Below, one piece after another: positions 42,979 to 51,861 of a DNA stretch of 64,000 nt (the first letter of the stretch is position 1; each line of letters starts with the position of its first letter). The notes under the pieces were generated by a model. It was not told the origin of the DNA. It saw only the letters and a program-made list of their open reading frames with translations, and searched no databases. The stretch is from Nitrosopumilus sp. (GTDB lineage Archaea; Thermoproteota; Nitrososphaeria; Nitrososphaerales; Nitrosopumilaceae), in assembly GCA_965218785.1 (NCBI GenBank), contig OZ244650.1:64001-128000 (forward strand). The letters are read 5' to 3'. Both the position numbers and the translations under genes were made by a program.

Positions 42979-44284
42979 CTACTTTAGATCTAAGACGATA
43001 AGAGATCCTCTATATGGTTTTATTGATCTTTCTGAATTAGAAACAAAAATAATTGACACTGAAATTTTTCGAAGACTCCAATTTATTAAACAACTTTCTC
43101 ATGCTTATGTTGTCTATCCATCTTCAATTCATACCAGATTTGAACACTCTCTAGGAACTAATTTTGTTTCAAACATTATGGCTAATGAATTAGGATTCAC
43201 TGATCAGGATGATATTGAAAGAATACGATTATCATGCTTACTTCATGATGTAGGTCATGGTCCATTTTCTCATCTATTTGAGGCTATTATGAAAAAAATT
43301 AACCCTGCAATTGATGAACCACATGAAAAAATCTCAAAAATTATGATTAATGAAGATTCAGAACTTGATTCAATTTTAGGTTTAAAGAAAAATGAAATTA
43401 TTGAATTACTTGATAAAGATAAAATTTCATACAACGATAATTCAAAATTACTTCAATCCGATATTGTTTCAAGTGGTATTGATGCTGATAAAATAGATTA
43501 TCTCAGACGAGATTCATATCATATTGGTGTTGCATATGGACAATTCGATTTTAATAGAATTCTTCATACTCTTTCTACAACACGACAACGTTCCCAAATT
43601 TGTATTAGTAATAAAGGCAAAGACGCTCTTGAAAATTATAGATTAGCTCGTTATCTGATGCATGTTCAAGTTTATGCCCATCATGCAAGACTGGCAGCAG
43701 ATAAGATGTTTCTTAAAGCTCTTGAAATCGCAATTTTTGATGAAAAAATTATTGATGAAGATTTATTAAAATTTAATCCGGCAAAAGATAATACAGATTT
43801 CTTAAAATTTTATACATCTCTTGATGATTGTTCAATATATAATAAAATTATACATAATCCTCAAGCTAAAACATCTAAATCCATTCTAAATAATATCAAG
43901 AAAAGAAAATTATTGAAACGTGCTTGTGAATTCACACCTAAGGATCTAGAAACTGCTGCAGATGTTGAAGGTAAATTTATGAAAATGGAACCAGAAGATT
44001 TTGAGAAAACTGCATTGGATATTAGCAATTCACTTGGTTTAGAATCTCATGAGGTAATTTTCTTTAAATCCGAAATTAAGAATAAATTATTCAAAACAGG
44101 AGAAATTCTTTTTCGAGTTGGTGATGAAGTTCATAATTTTGCTGCCATCTCTCCAATATCTGGAAAAGACATAGAGAAATTTTTGATATATGGTCCAGCT
44201 GATAAGGGCATTAGAGATAAAATAGCTTTAAAAATATCTGAAAAATTTGGTGTTGATCTTTCAAAAATAGCCCCAACTCTATAA
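42962..44284 (+). CDS. HD-domain dNTP triphosphohydrolase-like protein (SAMHD1/YwfO family)
   Basis: RDPLYG, IKQL, HTRFEHSLG, LLHDVGHGPFSH, DADKIDYLRRD, VYAHH. Confidence 0.93.
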   Translation: MSLPHSYFRSKTIRDPLYGFIDLSELETKIIDTEIFRRLQFIKQLSHAYVVYPSSIHTRFEHSLGTNFVSNIMANELGFTDQDDIERIRLSCLLHDVGHGPFSHLFEAIMKKINPAIDEPHEKISKIMINEDSELDSILGLKKNEIIELLDKDKISYNDNSKLLQSDIVSSGIDADKIDYLRRDSYHIGVAYGQFDFNRILHTLSTTRQRSQICISNKGKDALENYRLARYLMHVQVYAHHARLAADKMFLKALEIAIFDEKIIDEDLLKFNPAKDNTDFLKFYTSLDDCSIYNKIIHNPQAKTSKSILNNIKKRKLLKRACEFTPKDLETAADVEGKFMKMEPEDFEKTALDISNSLGLESHEVIFFKSEIKNKLFKTGEILFRVGDEVHNFAAISPISGKDIEKFLIYGPADKGIRDKIALKISEKFGVDLSKIAPTL

Positions 44285-44349
44285 TTTTTTAATTTGGACC
44301 TGAAATTACTAGAGTTTATGCATATCCATGTGCGATCCTAATAAATATT

Positions 44350-45615
44350 TCATGCAATATCAGAACATAGAGTATGGCCTACGCTAGAGATGTACTGCAA
44401 ACCAAAGATGAAATCGGACACGTATCCATTCGGGGCTCTCCCCCAGTACCATTCTTCATCCATTTGTCAGGTGAAATCGCAGTTATTTAACGAGGTATAA
44501 TCCTCAACGCATAGAACGCGGCCATACTCCTAACTATAATGTCTTCAAATTTATGAACCTGTGTCAATTTTGACATGTGACAAATTCCCTCTTTTCTTTT
44601 AGCATCCAGTATATGACACGCAGCATCTTTGTTGCAGCTGCCACTGCAGCCTTTGATGTACCTCTCTTCTTTGCAAGACGTTTGTAAAACTTTGTAATGT
44701 CACTGTCAGGGGCATATCTTACATGCGTATGGATGGTCTCGACTAGCAGCCACCTCATCATACTGCTTCCTCTTTTTGTTATCCTTCCATGGTGTACGGT
44801 ATCTGCGGAATTTCTTACCGATGGGACTATTCCCGCGTATGCACAAAGCTTGTGAGAATTTGAAAACCTGCCAATCTCCGCAATCTCTGAATATATTGCA
44901 AGTGCTGTGTATGGTCCCACACCTGGAATAGATACAAGAAGGCGTACATTGTCGTTCTCTTTTGCAATGCGATTGATCATCATGTTTGATTCTGCAATCT
45001 CTTTTTCATGAAATTCGATGCTGTTTAGGTATGAATTTATCCTGTAATCTTTGAGTTTTTTCAGCTCGTCTATGTGTGCATTAGAAAACGACTTTTTGAC
45101 CTTGGATCTTATTCCCTGCTGTAATGTGATGCCGTGTATGAAATTCTTCATCTTGGTCTTGATGTGCACCAACTTGTACCTATGCCTTACAAGGCGTTTG
45201 TAATCCATAATTCTGGGCTCTGCAACATAACACGTTGCAATGTATCCTCCCCTGAGAAGGTTTGCAAGATGGAATGCGTCTATCTTGTCTGTCTTTTTGA
45301 GGGATGCTGCAATTATCTTTGTATTGTACGGGTTTGATACTGTAACATCCAGGTTCAGTGTATCAGTCATGTGCATGTACAGTCCATATCATACAGATGA
45401 TGATTCCATTACATATTTTGCATTCTTTGGAATGGTTGCAGCAATCCTAGACATGGCATCAAACCTGCTGGATATTTTTTTGTTAAACAAAAGCTTGCCT
45501 GCATTATCTACTGCTGCTACCTGAACTGTTTCCTTGTGAACGTCAAGACCTACAAACACTGCACCTTTTCTCCGGGACTGCCTAATTGATTTGTTTGTAT
45601 TGGTACTGCAAACTC
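44350..45615 (-). mobile_element. IS110-family element; ends approximate
   Basis: Transposase plus ~200-bp structured downstream non-coding region; imperfect IR caatatcagaaca (44355-44367) / tgtttgtattg (45592-45602). Confidence 0.7.
44370..44529 (-). ncRNA. candidate IS110 bridge/seek RNA
   Basis: Closing stem gagtatggcc/ggccatactc, internal stems gatgaa/ttcatc, gggg/cccc, gagg/cctc; lies directly 3' of the transposase. Confidence 0.55.
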
Positions 45616-45661
45616 TCTTTATTTGTGTACCATCTAAATGCCTTGATCTCGATTTACGCAC
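44564..45661 (-). pseudogene. IS110 transposase with one in-frame nonsense codon
   Basis: VGLDVHK, VMESS, KTDKIDA (DEDD domain); IPGVG, YAGIVPSVRNSA (Tnp20 domain); TGA at 45389-45391 in frame with the downstream ORF. Confidence 0.92.
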
Positions 45662-45825
45662 ATATGGTTAATCGATCCTATACTGTGATATAGCATAAAT
45701 GTATAAACTATATGTTATCACATATTTGAGATTATGATCTGAAAAACTTGCTCGTGTGTAGTTATTTTAGGGTTGGGTTAAATACGCATAAACTCTAAAA
45801 TATAAACAAAGAAGAGTTTGAGATA

Positions 45826-46122
45826 TTATGCTTCTATGGTAGTATCTACAACTTGATCCAAGTATGTTCTAAGTGCTTCTTCCATTTTGCAACCAATAGT
45901 AGTTAAAGAATAAACTACAAAATTTCGCCCTGTTTTATTTTTTGTAGATGACGGTTCAATAATTTCATAATTTTTTAACAAACTCATTTTTTTAGATAAT
46001 GTCGCATCTGAAATATTTAGATTACCTTTAAGATCTTGGTATCTCTGATTAGGATTTGATTTTAGATTTTTTAAAATCTCAGCTATAATAGGATCAAGTA
46101 AGACTTTATTATTTACAGACAT
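45826..46122 (-). CDS. winged-helix transcriptional regulator (HxlR/MarR-like)
   Basis: RYQDLKGNLNISDATLSKKM...YSLTTIG. Confidence 0.85.
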   Translation of the reverse strand: MSVNNKVLLDPIIAEILKNLKSNPNQRYQDLKGNLNISDATLSKKMSLLKNYEIIEPSSTKNKTGRNFVVYSLTTIGCKMEEALRTYLDQVVDTTIEA

Positions 46123-46242
46123 GAACCACCCCTTTTCTTAGTGTATAAATATGTAATAAGCATCCTTAGTTATCTAAAGTATTCTTTTGTTAAACAAACT
46201 ATACTTCAGTTCTTTTATATAGAAGTATCACGGTAATTAGGC

Positions 46243-46350
46243 ATGCCCTCTAAAAGAGTCTACGTTTGTAAGGATACCCCAAAAGGTACAACTTGTAAAC
46301 CAATTAGCAAAACACCGGCACGAAAAAACAGTGTCACTTTCAAGAAATAG
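46243..46350 (+). CDS. small basic peptide (35 aa)
   Basis: MPSKRVYVCKDTPKGTTCKPISKTPARKNSVTFKK; ttttatata box ~20-30 nt upstream. Confidence 0.45.
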   Translation: MPSKRVYVCKDTPKGTTCKPISKTPARKNSVTFKK

Positions 46351-46452
46351 TGTTAAAATAGAACTAATCTAGGCGAGCAGATTATTCTAAATTCCTCTTT
46401 TTTTAAAATATTCCTATAAATTAATTCACATCTATCAGCTGTAAATGTCTAT

Positions 46453-47247
46453 TGTACAAAAAGTAGGTCCGCCCTGGATCCGAAGGACAATAGAGGATTA
46501 TTTTAGACTGCATCGATCACAAAAAAACATGAAAAAAAGACTGACAGAAAAGTTCATACAGTATCTGATCAGAAGGCGCAAAAACAGAATAACCCTCACA
46601 CAGATAGCAAAGGATCTTGGCATCACTGCCAGATACATGTGAAATCTATGGGTGCGGTTCAAGACGACAGAACCATCCATGTAAGGATGGGCAGACCCCG
46701 CATTCCAGTAGCGACAGCCCAGATATGCCTGCTAACTGACATGCATAAAATCGTCAGATGGAGTGGTCATACTGCAAAAAACCTAAGAAAGAATTATGAT
46801 ACAAGCTACCACACAATATACCATATATTGAAGAAGAGTGGTGCGGTAGTCTTCTCTGCTACAAAATCAAAAAAACGCAAATGGGTACGGTTTGAGCGCA
46901 AGTACTCTAATGCTATATGGCATGTTGACTGGCACACCTACCTTGTTTGAGGAGGATCTTTTGGCCAAAGATATCGTACTGATAAACTCCAGACCATACC
47001 ATCCGCAGACAAACGGCAAGCTGGAGAGATTTCACAGGACGATAGAAGATGAGATATTCCACTATCGTACTCGGAGAATATGTGGATTATTACAATGAGT
47101 CAAGATTGCACTTTTCACTTGACATTGACAACTATGAGACCCCGCCTATGGCTTTTAGAAATAAAAAAGCCACAGATGCGATCAGAAAAAACAATCCAGA
47201 ATGGATGGAGAATGATGCAGATGACTAGCGGACGTACTTTTCATATA
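46453..47247 (+). mobile_element. IS481-family element, degenerate
   Basis: tgtacaaaaagtag left end, tacttttcatata right end; KWVRFERKYSNAIWHVDW and RPYHPQTNGKLERFH in different frames. Confidence 0.88.
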
Positions 47248-47305
47248 ATACAATACCTTCCATTCACTACATAATAATAAATAGGATATACGATTGTAAT
47301 GAGAT

Positions 47306-47707
47306 ATGAAAAGAAAAGTTTTCCTTAGTTTTGTTGAAGAAGATTTACAACTGGTAAATCTTTTTCGTGGTCAAGCCAAAAATGATAATAGTGATTTAGA
47401 ATTTTACGATTTTTCAGTTAAAGAGCCCTATAACAGTGTTAATGAGGATTACATTAAACAGCAAATACGACAAAAATTGGATTTAGTTTCTGTTACGTTA
47501 TGTCTGTTTGGACATGATACTTATCGTAGTAAATATGTGAAATGGGAAATTGAGACGAGTGTCGGTAAAGGTAAAGGTTTAGTAGGTGTTAGATTACATA
47601 GTGATAATTCGGATGGTATTCCATCTATCTTTAGTGACAACGGTGGTATTTTGTGTGACTGGGATCATGATGAGATATCTAAAGCCATTCGTAGAGCTGC
47701 ACAATAA
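47306..47707 (+). CDS. TIR-domain protein (ThsB/DUF1863-like)
   Basis: RKVFLSF, YIKQQIR, SKYVKWEI with catalytic Glu. Confidence 0.9.
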   Translation: MKRKVFLSFVEEDLQLVNLFRGQAKNDNSDLEFYDFSVKEPYNSVNEDYIKQQIRQKLDLVSVTLCLFGHDTYRSKYVKWEIETSVGKGKGLVGVRLHSDNSDGIPSIFSDNGGILCDWDHDEISKAIRRAAQ

Positions 47708-47718
47708 TTCTTTTAATT

Positions 47719-48159
47719 ATGAATAATTCTGAATTTGAAGATTTTGTAAATAATAGATATAAAAAATCTATAGAATGGTATGATAAAAAATCACAATCTA
47801 ATAAGAAATTATATGTTTCCTTTCAAACTCTTTTAATCATTTTTTCGGCAATGACTCCTGTTCTGTTTGCAATTGATTTTGGTATTGTTGGTCATGACTA
47901 TTTAAAATGGATTGCAGTCATTACTGCCATAGTGGTATCAATTTCAGTATCGTCTTTACGAATTTTTAAATTACATGATAATTGGATTACCTATAGAAGT
48001 ATCTGTGAAACATTGAAAAAAGAAATCAATTTCTTTAATGCAGATATTCATGAGTATTCTAATTGTGATGATAAACAGGCTTTGTTTGTAGAACGTGTTG
48101 AAAGTCTAATTTCTAAAGAACACAATTTATGGAAGACTTATTTTAGAAAAGAATCTTAA
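47719..48159 (+). CDS. SLATT/DUF4231 2-TM effector
   Basis: IEWYDKKS, two TM helices, WITYRSICETLKKE, FVERVESLISKE. Confidence 0.88.
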   Translation: MNNSEFEDFVNNRYKKSIEWYDKKSQSNKKLYVSFQTLLIIFSAMTPVLFAIDFGIVGHDYLKWIAVITAIVVSISVSSLRIFKLHDNWITYRSICETLKKEINFFNADIHEYSNCDDKQALFVERVESLISKEHNLWKTYFRKES

Positions 48160-48437
48160 TTTTTAAAAAGTGTAATGATTTAAATTTTATTCTACAATAA
48201 GTGTATAGTGACAATCAATAATTCATGAATTTTTGATTGCCGCTATACATTCAAGATCACATAAGAATTTTTTTAATTTTTGAATATTATCTGTTTCGAC
48301 AGACATTTAATTTTATGTAATATCGACTCAATTAAAGATGATGTATCTAAAAAGTTGTTTACCACCAACTATCAAATCTGCATACATTGGATTGTGTACA
48401 TCAATAAAAGCAATCTTTTGTTTGCAAACTAGTCCTG

Positions 48438-48650
48438 TCAATCAGAATTCTTTCTTTGATCAATATTGATGTCGCACTCATCACGAAGATAATTTCGATA
48501 TCTTTCATGAGCATCGTGGCAGTCTCTACAAAGATCTATTTTTGGAGTTCGACCCTCTTTGTCTAGATATTCAACGACGTGATGTTCTGTTAGTTCAACT
48601 CCTGGACTATTGCATATACCACATTTTCCAACATGAATGGTTGTATTCAT
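48438..48650 (-). CDS. minimal HNH-like zinc-binding protein
   Basis: CGIC...EHH...LCRDCHDAH; paralogue of 34933-35127. Confidence 0.7.
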   Translation of the reverse strand: MNTTIHVGKCGICNSPGVELTEHHVVEYLDKEGRTPKIDLCRDCHDAHERYRNYLRDECDINIDQRKNSD

Positions 48651-48759
48651 ACCAAATAGTATTCCTTAGACACGTATTAATCTAAAGAAAATTTGAATCG
48701 ATTTTTCCAAAATTTTAAAGTCTGGAAGTTAATTCGAGTTTGATCAGTCTTTCTTTACC

Positions 48760-49150
48760 AGTAATTTTTTCTGCTATTTCAAATATTTGGGATCCAGTGG
48801 ATATCTTGTATTTTTTCTAATTTGTAATTCCTCGAGAATTGGTGCAAGTCATGATCTTACAATTGCAAAATTCTCATCCTACAGTCTGGCAGATACCATT
48901 ATGCCTAAATCAGATTCCAACCTTATTGAATTATTCTCAAAGGCCACATCACAAAGCCTGCACAACAAAAGTCTATTGACAGGATTTATAATGTTCTCTA
49001 CATCTTTACCCTCATTACCGAATAAGGGAGAATGTGAGTCACTGTCATATATTCTGGAATCTTAAATCCGTAAAATGCACATTTTCTGTATTGAGCAAAA
49101 ATTCATTTCTAAAATTGTTCTGTTTTTGTCTGTCAAATACTATACACATA
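48760..49150 (-). pseudogene. HNH endonuclease remnant
   Basis: Three frames give RQKQNNFR, RKCAFYG...HILPYS and NPVNRLLLCRLCDVAFE, the HNH_2 pattern; boundaries approximate. Confidence 0.7.
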
Positions 49151-49326
49151 GAGCACCCTTCGAAATGGAAATTTTTCTTCCTTGTTTCTTGTCTAGCCTG
49201 ATTGTACATGTGTTCCCCGAGCTTTGTTTTGTCAAGACGCTATACGCTTATGCCATCTTGGTTTGATTTGCACCCAGTCTATGAGAATTAGTATCCTACG
49301 TGTTTTGCTATCTAGTTTGCTACAAA

Positions 49327-50079
49327 TTATGAATATTTTATCCAAAGTTGCCTAAGGTGTTCAAGTAGATTTTTTAATTCATTTCTTTTTCTCTCTAACA
49401 TTTGTCCTAATCTTATTTGAGACATAGTACTACTACTTTTGTATGACTTAGAAATCTCATCAATCTCTTGCCTTATCATCCGTATTTTTGAATAATGTTC
49501 TTTGACATCTTTTGAAAGTTTACCTATCTCTTCTGAATAAACTGTATGGTCACAATATTTAATAATTTCATCATACCATTCTATTTCTGGATATTTATCA
49601 GAATAGTTAATTGAAACTTTAGGTTTCAGATTATTAATTTTTGATTTAATCTCTTCTAATTGTTCAGAAATATTCTCTGGAGTTCTTTCTCTAGATCCTT
49701 TTTCTTGAATGTGTTTTAGAACAGATTTGCATGATTCCGCGAAAGAATTTTTAGAAAAAATTTCAGTTTCTAATCCAAATATGAGCACGCCAACTTTTAA
49801 ATTCTCTTCTTGCATAATTATGGGAGATATTCCTTCTCTTAGAGCAAAACCCAATTCTTGATGTACTGAAGGTGAATCGTTTGAATCTTTTCTTAAGATT
49901 GCAACCATATGATCTGAATTTTTTATTTCAGAAATTATTTTATCTCGAACTAATTTATCATATCTTTTTATAGTTTCAGCCAAATAACCCGTAATTCCTT
50001 CTGCAGCTAAGATTTTTTTTAATTCTTGAGCTAATTCTATATCTGTTTCTAAAAAGGCATGACTGATGAAAACTTTCAT
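49327..50079 (-). CDS. TIR-domain protein with helical C-terminus
   Basis: MKVFISHA, SPSVHQELGFA with catalytic Glu. Confidence 0.88.
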   Translation of the reverse strand: MKVFISHAFLETDIELAQELKKILAAEGITGYLAETIKRYDKLVRDKIISEIKNSDHMVAILRKDSNDSPSVHQELGFALREGISPIIMQEENLKVGVLIFGLETEIFSKNSFAESCKSVLKHIQEKGSRERTPENISEQLEEIKSKINNLKPKVSINYSDKYPEIEWYDEIIKYCDHTVYSEEIGKLSKDVKEHYSKIRMIRQEIDEISKSYKSSSTMSQIRLGQMLERKRNELKNLLEHLRQLWIKYS

Positions 50080-50194
50080 AATATTGCATGTAAATCAGAT
50101 TACTCAATTTAATAATTTTGAATCTAAATTGCTTGTTTATACGGTAAAATTATTCTATCGAAACCGCTTTAACTCCAAACAAGTCTTTTGATTT

Positions 50195-51058
50195 GTGGAC
50201 TTTAAAGACAAGGTCGTTCTAATCACCGGTGCCTCATCTGGCATCGGAAGGCAGGCTGCAACAGAATTTGCAAAGCAGGGCGCCCACCTAATCCTGGTTG
50301 CAAGAAGACAGGACAAACTACAACAGGTACAAACCCAGCTAAACAACACTGCCGCATCCGTCCTGGTCTGCCCCTGCGATGTCTCAAAAAAAGACAAAGT
50401 GGCAGAAATGTCAAAAACAGTCCTGGAAAAATTCGATTCAGTTGACATCCTAATTAACAACGCAGGTTTTGCAATATACGGCTCCGTCGCCGACCTTACT
50501 ATAACCGATATCGAATCCCAGATGAATACAAACTATTTCGGCATGATCTACTGCATCAAGAACTTTCTTCCATCCATGATAAAGAAAAACTCCGGGCACA
50601 TCGTAAATGTCGCATCAGTTGCCGCAAGCTTTGGCCTCCCAGGTATTGCTCCATACTGTGCATCAAAGTTTGCAATGCTTGGTTTCTCAGAAGGTCTAAA
50701 ACACGAGCTGGCAGACACCAAAGTAAACGTTACCGTAGTCAGCCCGATCATGGTGAGAACCAATTTCTTTGATCATCCATCCTTTGAGAAGATGCCAAGA
50801 TTCTCCCCAACCTCCCTTGATTCCAAAACAGTGGCAAAGGCAATTCTAAGGGCCGCCAATTCCCCAAGACTGGAGATCATAGTACCGCCAGTAGTACGCG
50901 GTGCAGTCTGGTTTAAAAACACGTTTCCATATATTATCAATCCGATTCTGGGTAAAACCTTCAAAAAACAGCTAGATACCGCAAGACAGTCTCACTCTTC
51001 ATCTGCTGACTCGCCAGAACCCACATCAAGCAGCTCCAACGACTTTAATCCAAACTGA
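50195..51058 (+). CDS. short-chain dehydrogenase/reductase
   Basis: TGASSGIG, NNAG, YCASK. Confidence 0.95.
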   Translation: MDFKDKVVLITGASSGIGRQAATEFAKQGAHLILVARRQDKLQQVQTQLNNTAASVLVCPCDVSKKDKVAEMSKTVLEKFDSVDILINNAGFAIYGSVADLTITDIESQMNTNYFGMIYCIKNFLPSMIKKNSGHIVNVASVAASFGLPGIAPYCASKFAMLGFSEGLKHELADTKVNVTVVSPIMVRTNFFDHPSFEKMPRFSPTSLDSKTVAKAILRAANSPRLEIIVPPVVRGAVWFKNTFPYIINPILGKTFKKQLDTARQSHSSSADSPEPTSSSSNDFNPN

Positions 51059-51387
51059 TAGATGGCATCCATCTCCAGCTCTTTCTCCTTTTTGAGATAT
51101 TCTGAACACTTCTTGCTGAGTGCAGCCTTGTGCTGCTCAAATACAAACTCGTACACCTCACCCTTTACCAGGTCATCCATCTTGATCTTCTTTTTTTCTG
51201 TCACATCCATCGTAACAATGTGCCGTCCATCCTCCACGGGATCATACAGCTGCACATCCATCTTGTCATCCTCGTAATAAAATTCCAGAATGTATCCCGA
51301 CTTTTTGATCTGTTTTGGCTTTGCAAATTTGGCGTTTTGAATCTCCTCTGTTACCCACTCTGGTACTTCTTCTTTCTTTTTTACCAT
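50992..51387 (-). CDS. hypothetical protein
   Basis: 131-aa ATG ORF in an operon-like run on the minus strand. Confidence 0.75.
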   Translation of the reverse strand: MVKKKEEVPEWVTEEIQNAKFAKPKQIKKSGYILEFYYEDDKMDVQLYDPVEDGRHIVTMDVTEKKKIKMDDLVKGEVYEFVFEQHKAALSKKCSEYLKKEKELEMDAIYQFGLKSLELLDVGSGESADEE

Positions 51388-51396
51388 GATAAACTC

Positions 51397-51711
51397 TTAA
51401 CTTTCTGCTTTTTCTTTTTTACTCTTTGACCACCATTCCAGATAGTCATCGTGCTTGTCATCACGTGTTCGCTCCCTTTGATTCAGCTTGAATTTGATAT
51501 CGGATATCTCCTCACGTGTAGCATACAACCCGCACCTCTTGCAAATGAAATGTCTCCTGTTCTTTTCATCCATCTTCATAGGAATATCAATATCATCAAA
51601 TAACTTGAATAATCCGTCCCTGCTCCTATCCTCCTCTTCTGGGTAGTCATCGACGTACTTTGTCTCTATCTTCTTTTTTTCTCGTGATGTACATTCGGGA
51701 CAGTTTGGCAA
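51397..51711 (-). CDS. zinc-binding hypothetical protein
   Basis: CPEC...CKRC. Confidence 0.75.
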   Translation of the reverse strand: MPNCPECTSREKKKIETKYVDDYPEEEDRSRDGLFKLFDDIDIPMKMDEKNRRHFICKRCGLYATREEISDIKFKLNQRERTRDDKHDDYLEWWSKSKKEKAES

Positions 51712-51769
51712 CTATTCATCTGGCTTTATTTTTTCCTTAAAAGCGTTCCCAAATAATTATTTGATCGAT

Positions 51770-51837
51770 ATCTGACACGCGGATTTTTTCATCATCCCTT
51801 GCGGTCCGTTCGCCCATCGAAATCCCGCGTGCCAGAT
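51770..51837 (-). ncRNA. candidate structured RNA with K-turn-like motif
   Basis: Long GC-rich stem tctgacacgcggattt / aaatcccgcgtgccaga; minus strand has CGGA-cc-GCAA-gg-G-AUGAUGA. Confidence 0.45.
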
Positions 51838-51861
51838 GAGCCATATTCCACAAATAACATA

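Noticed and set aside
44347-44414. 7-nt inverted match (atttcat/atgaaat) as a second IS110 guide segment
   Set aside because: Short and AT-rich, expected by chance, and the same bases fit an internal stem
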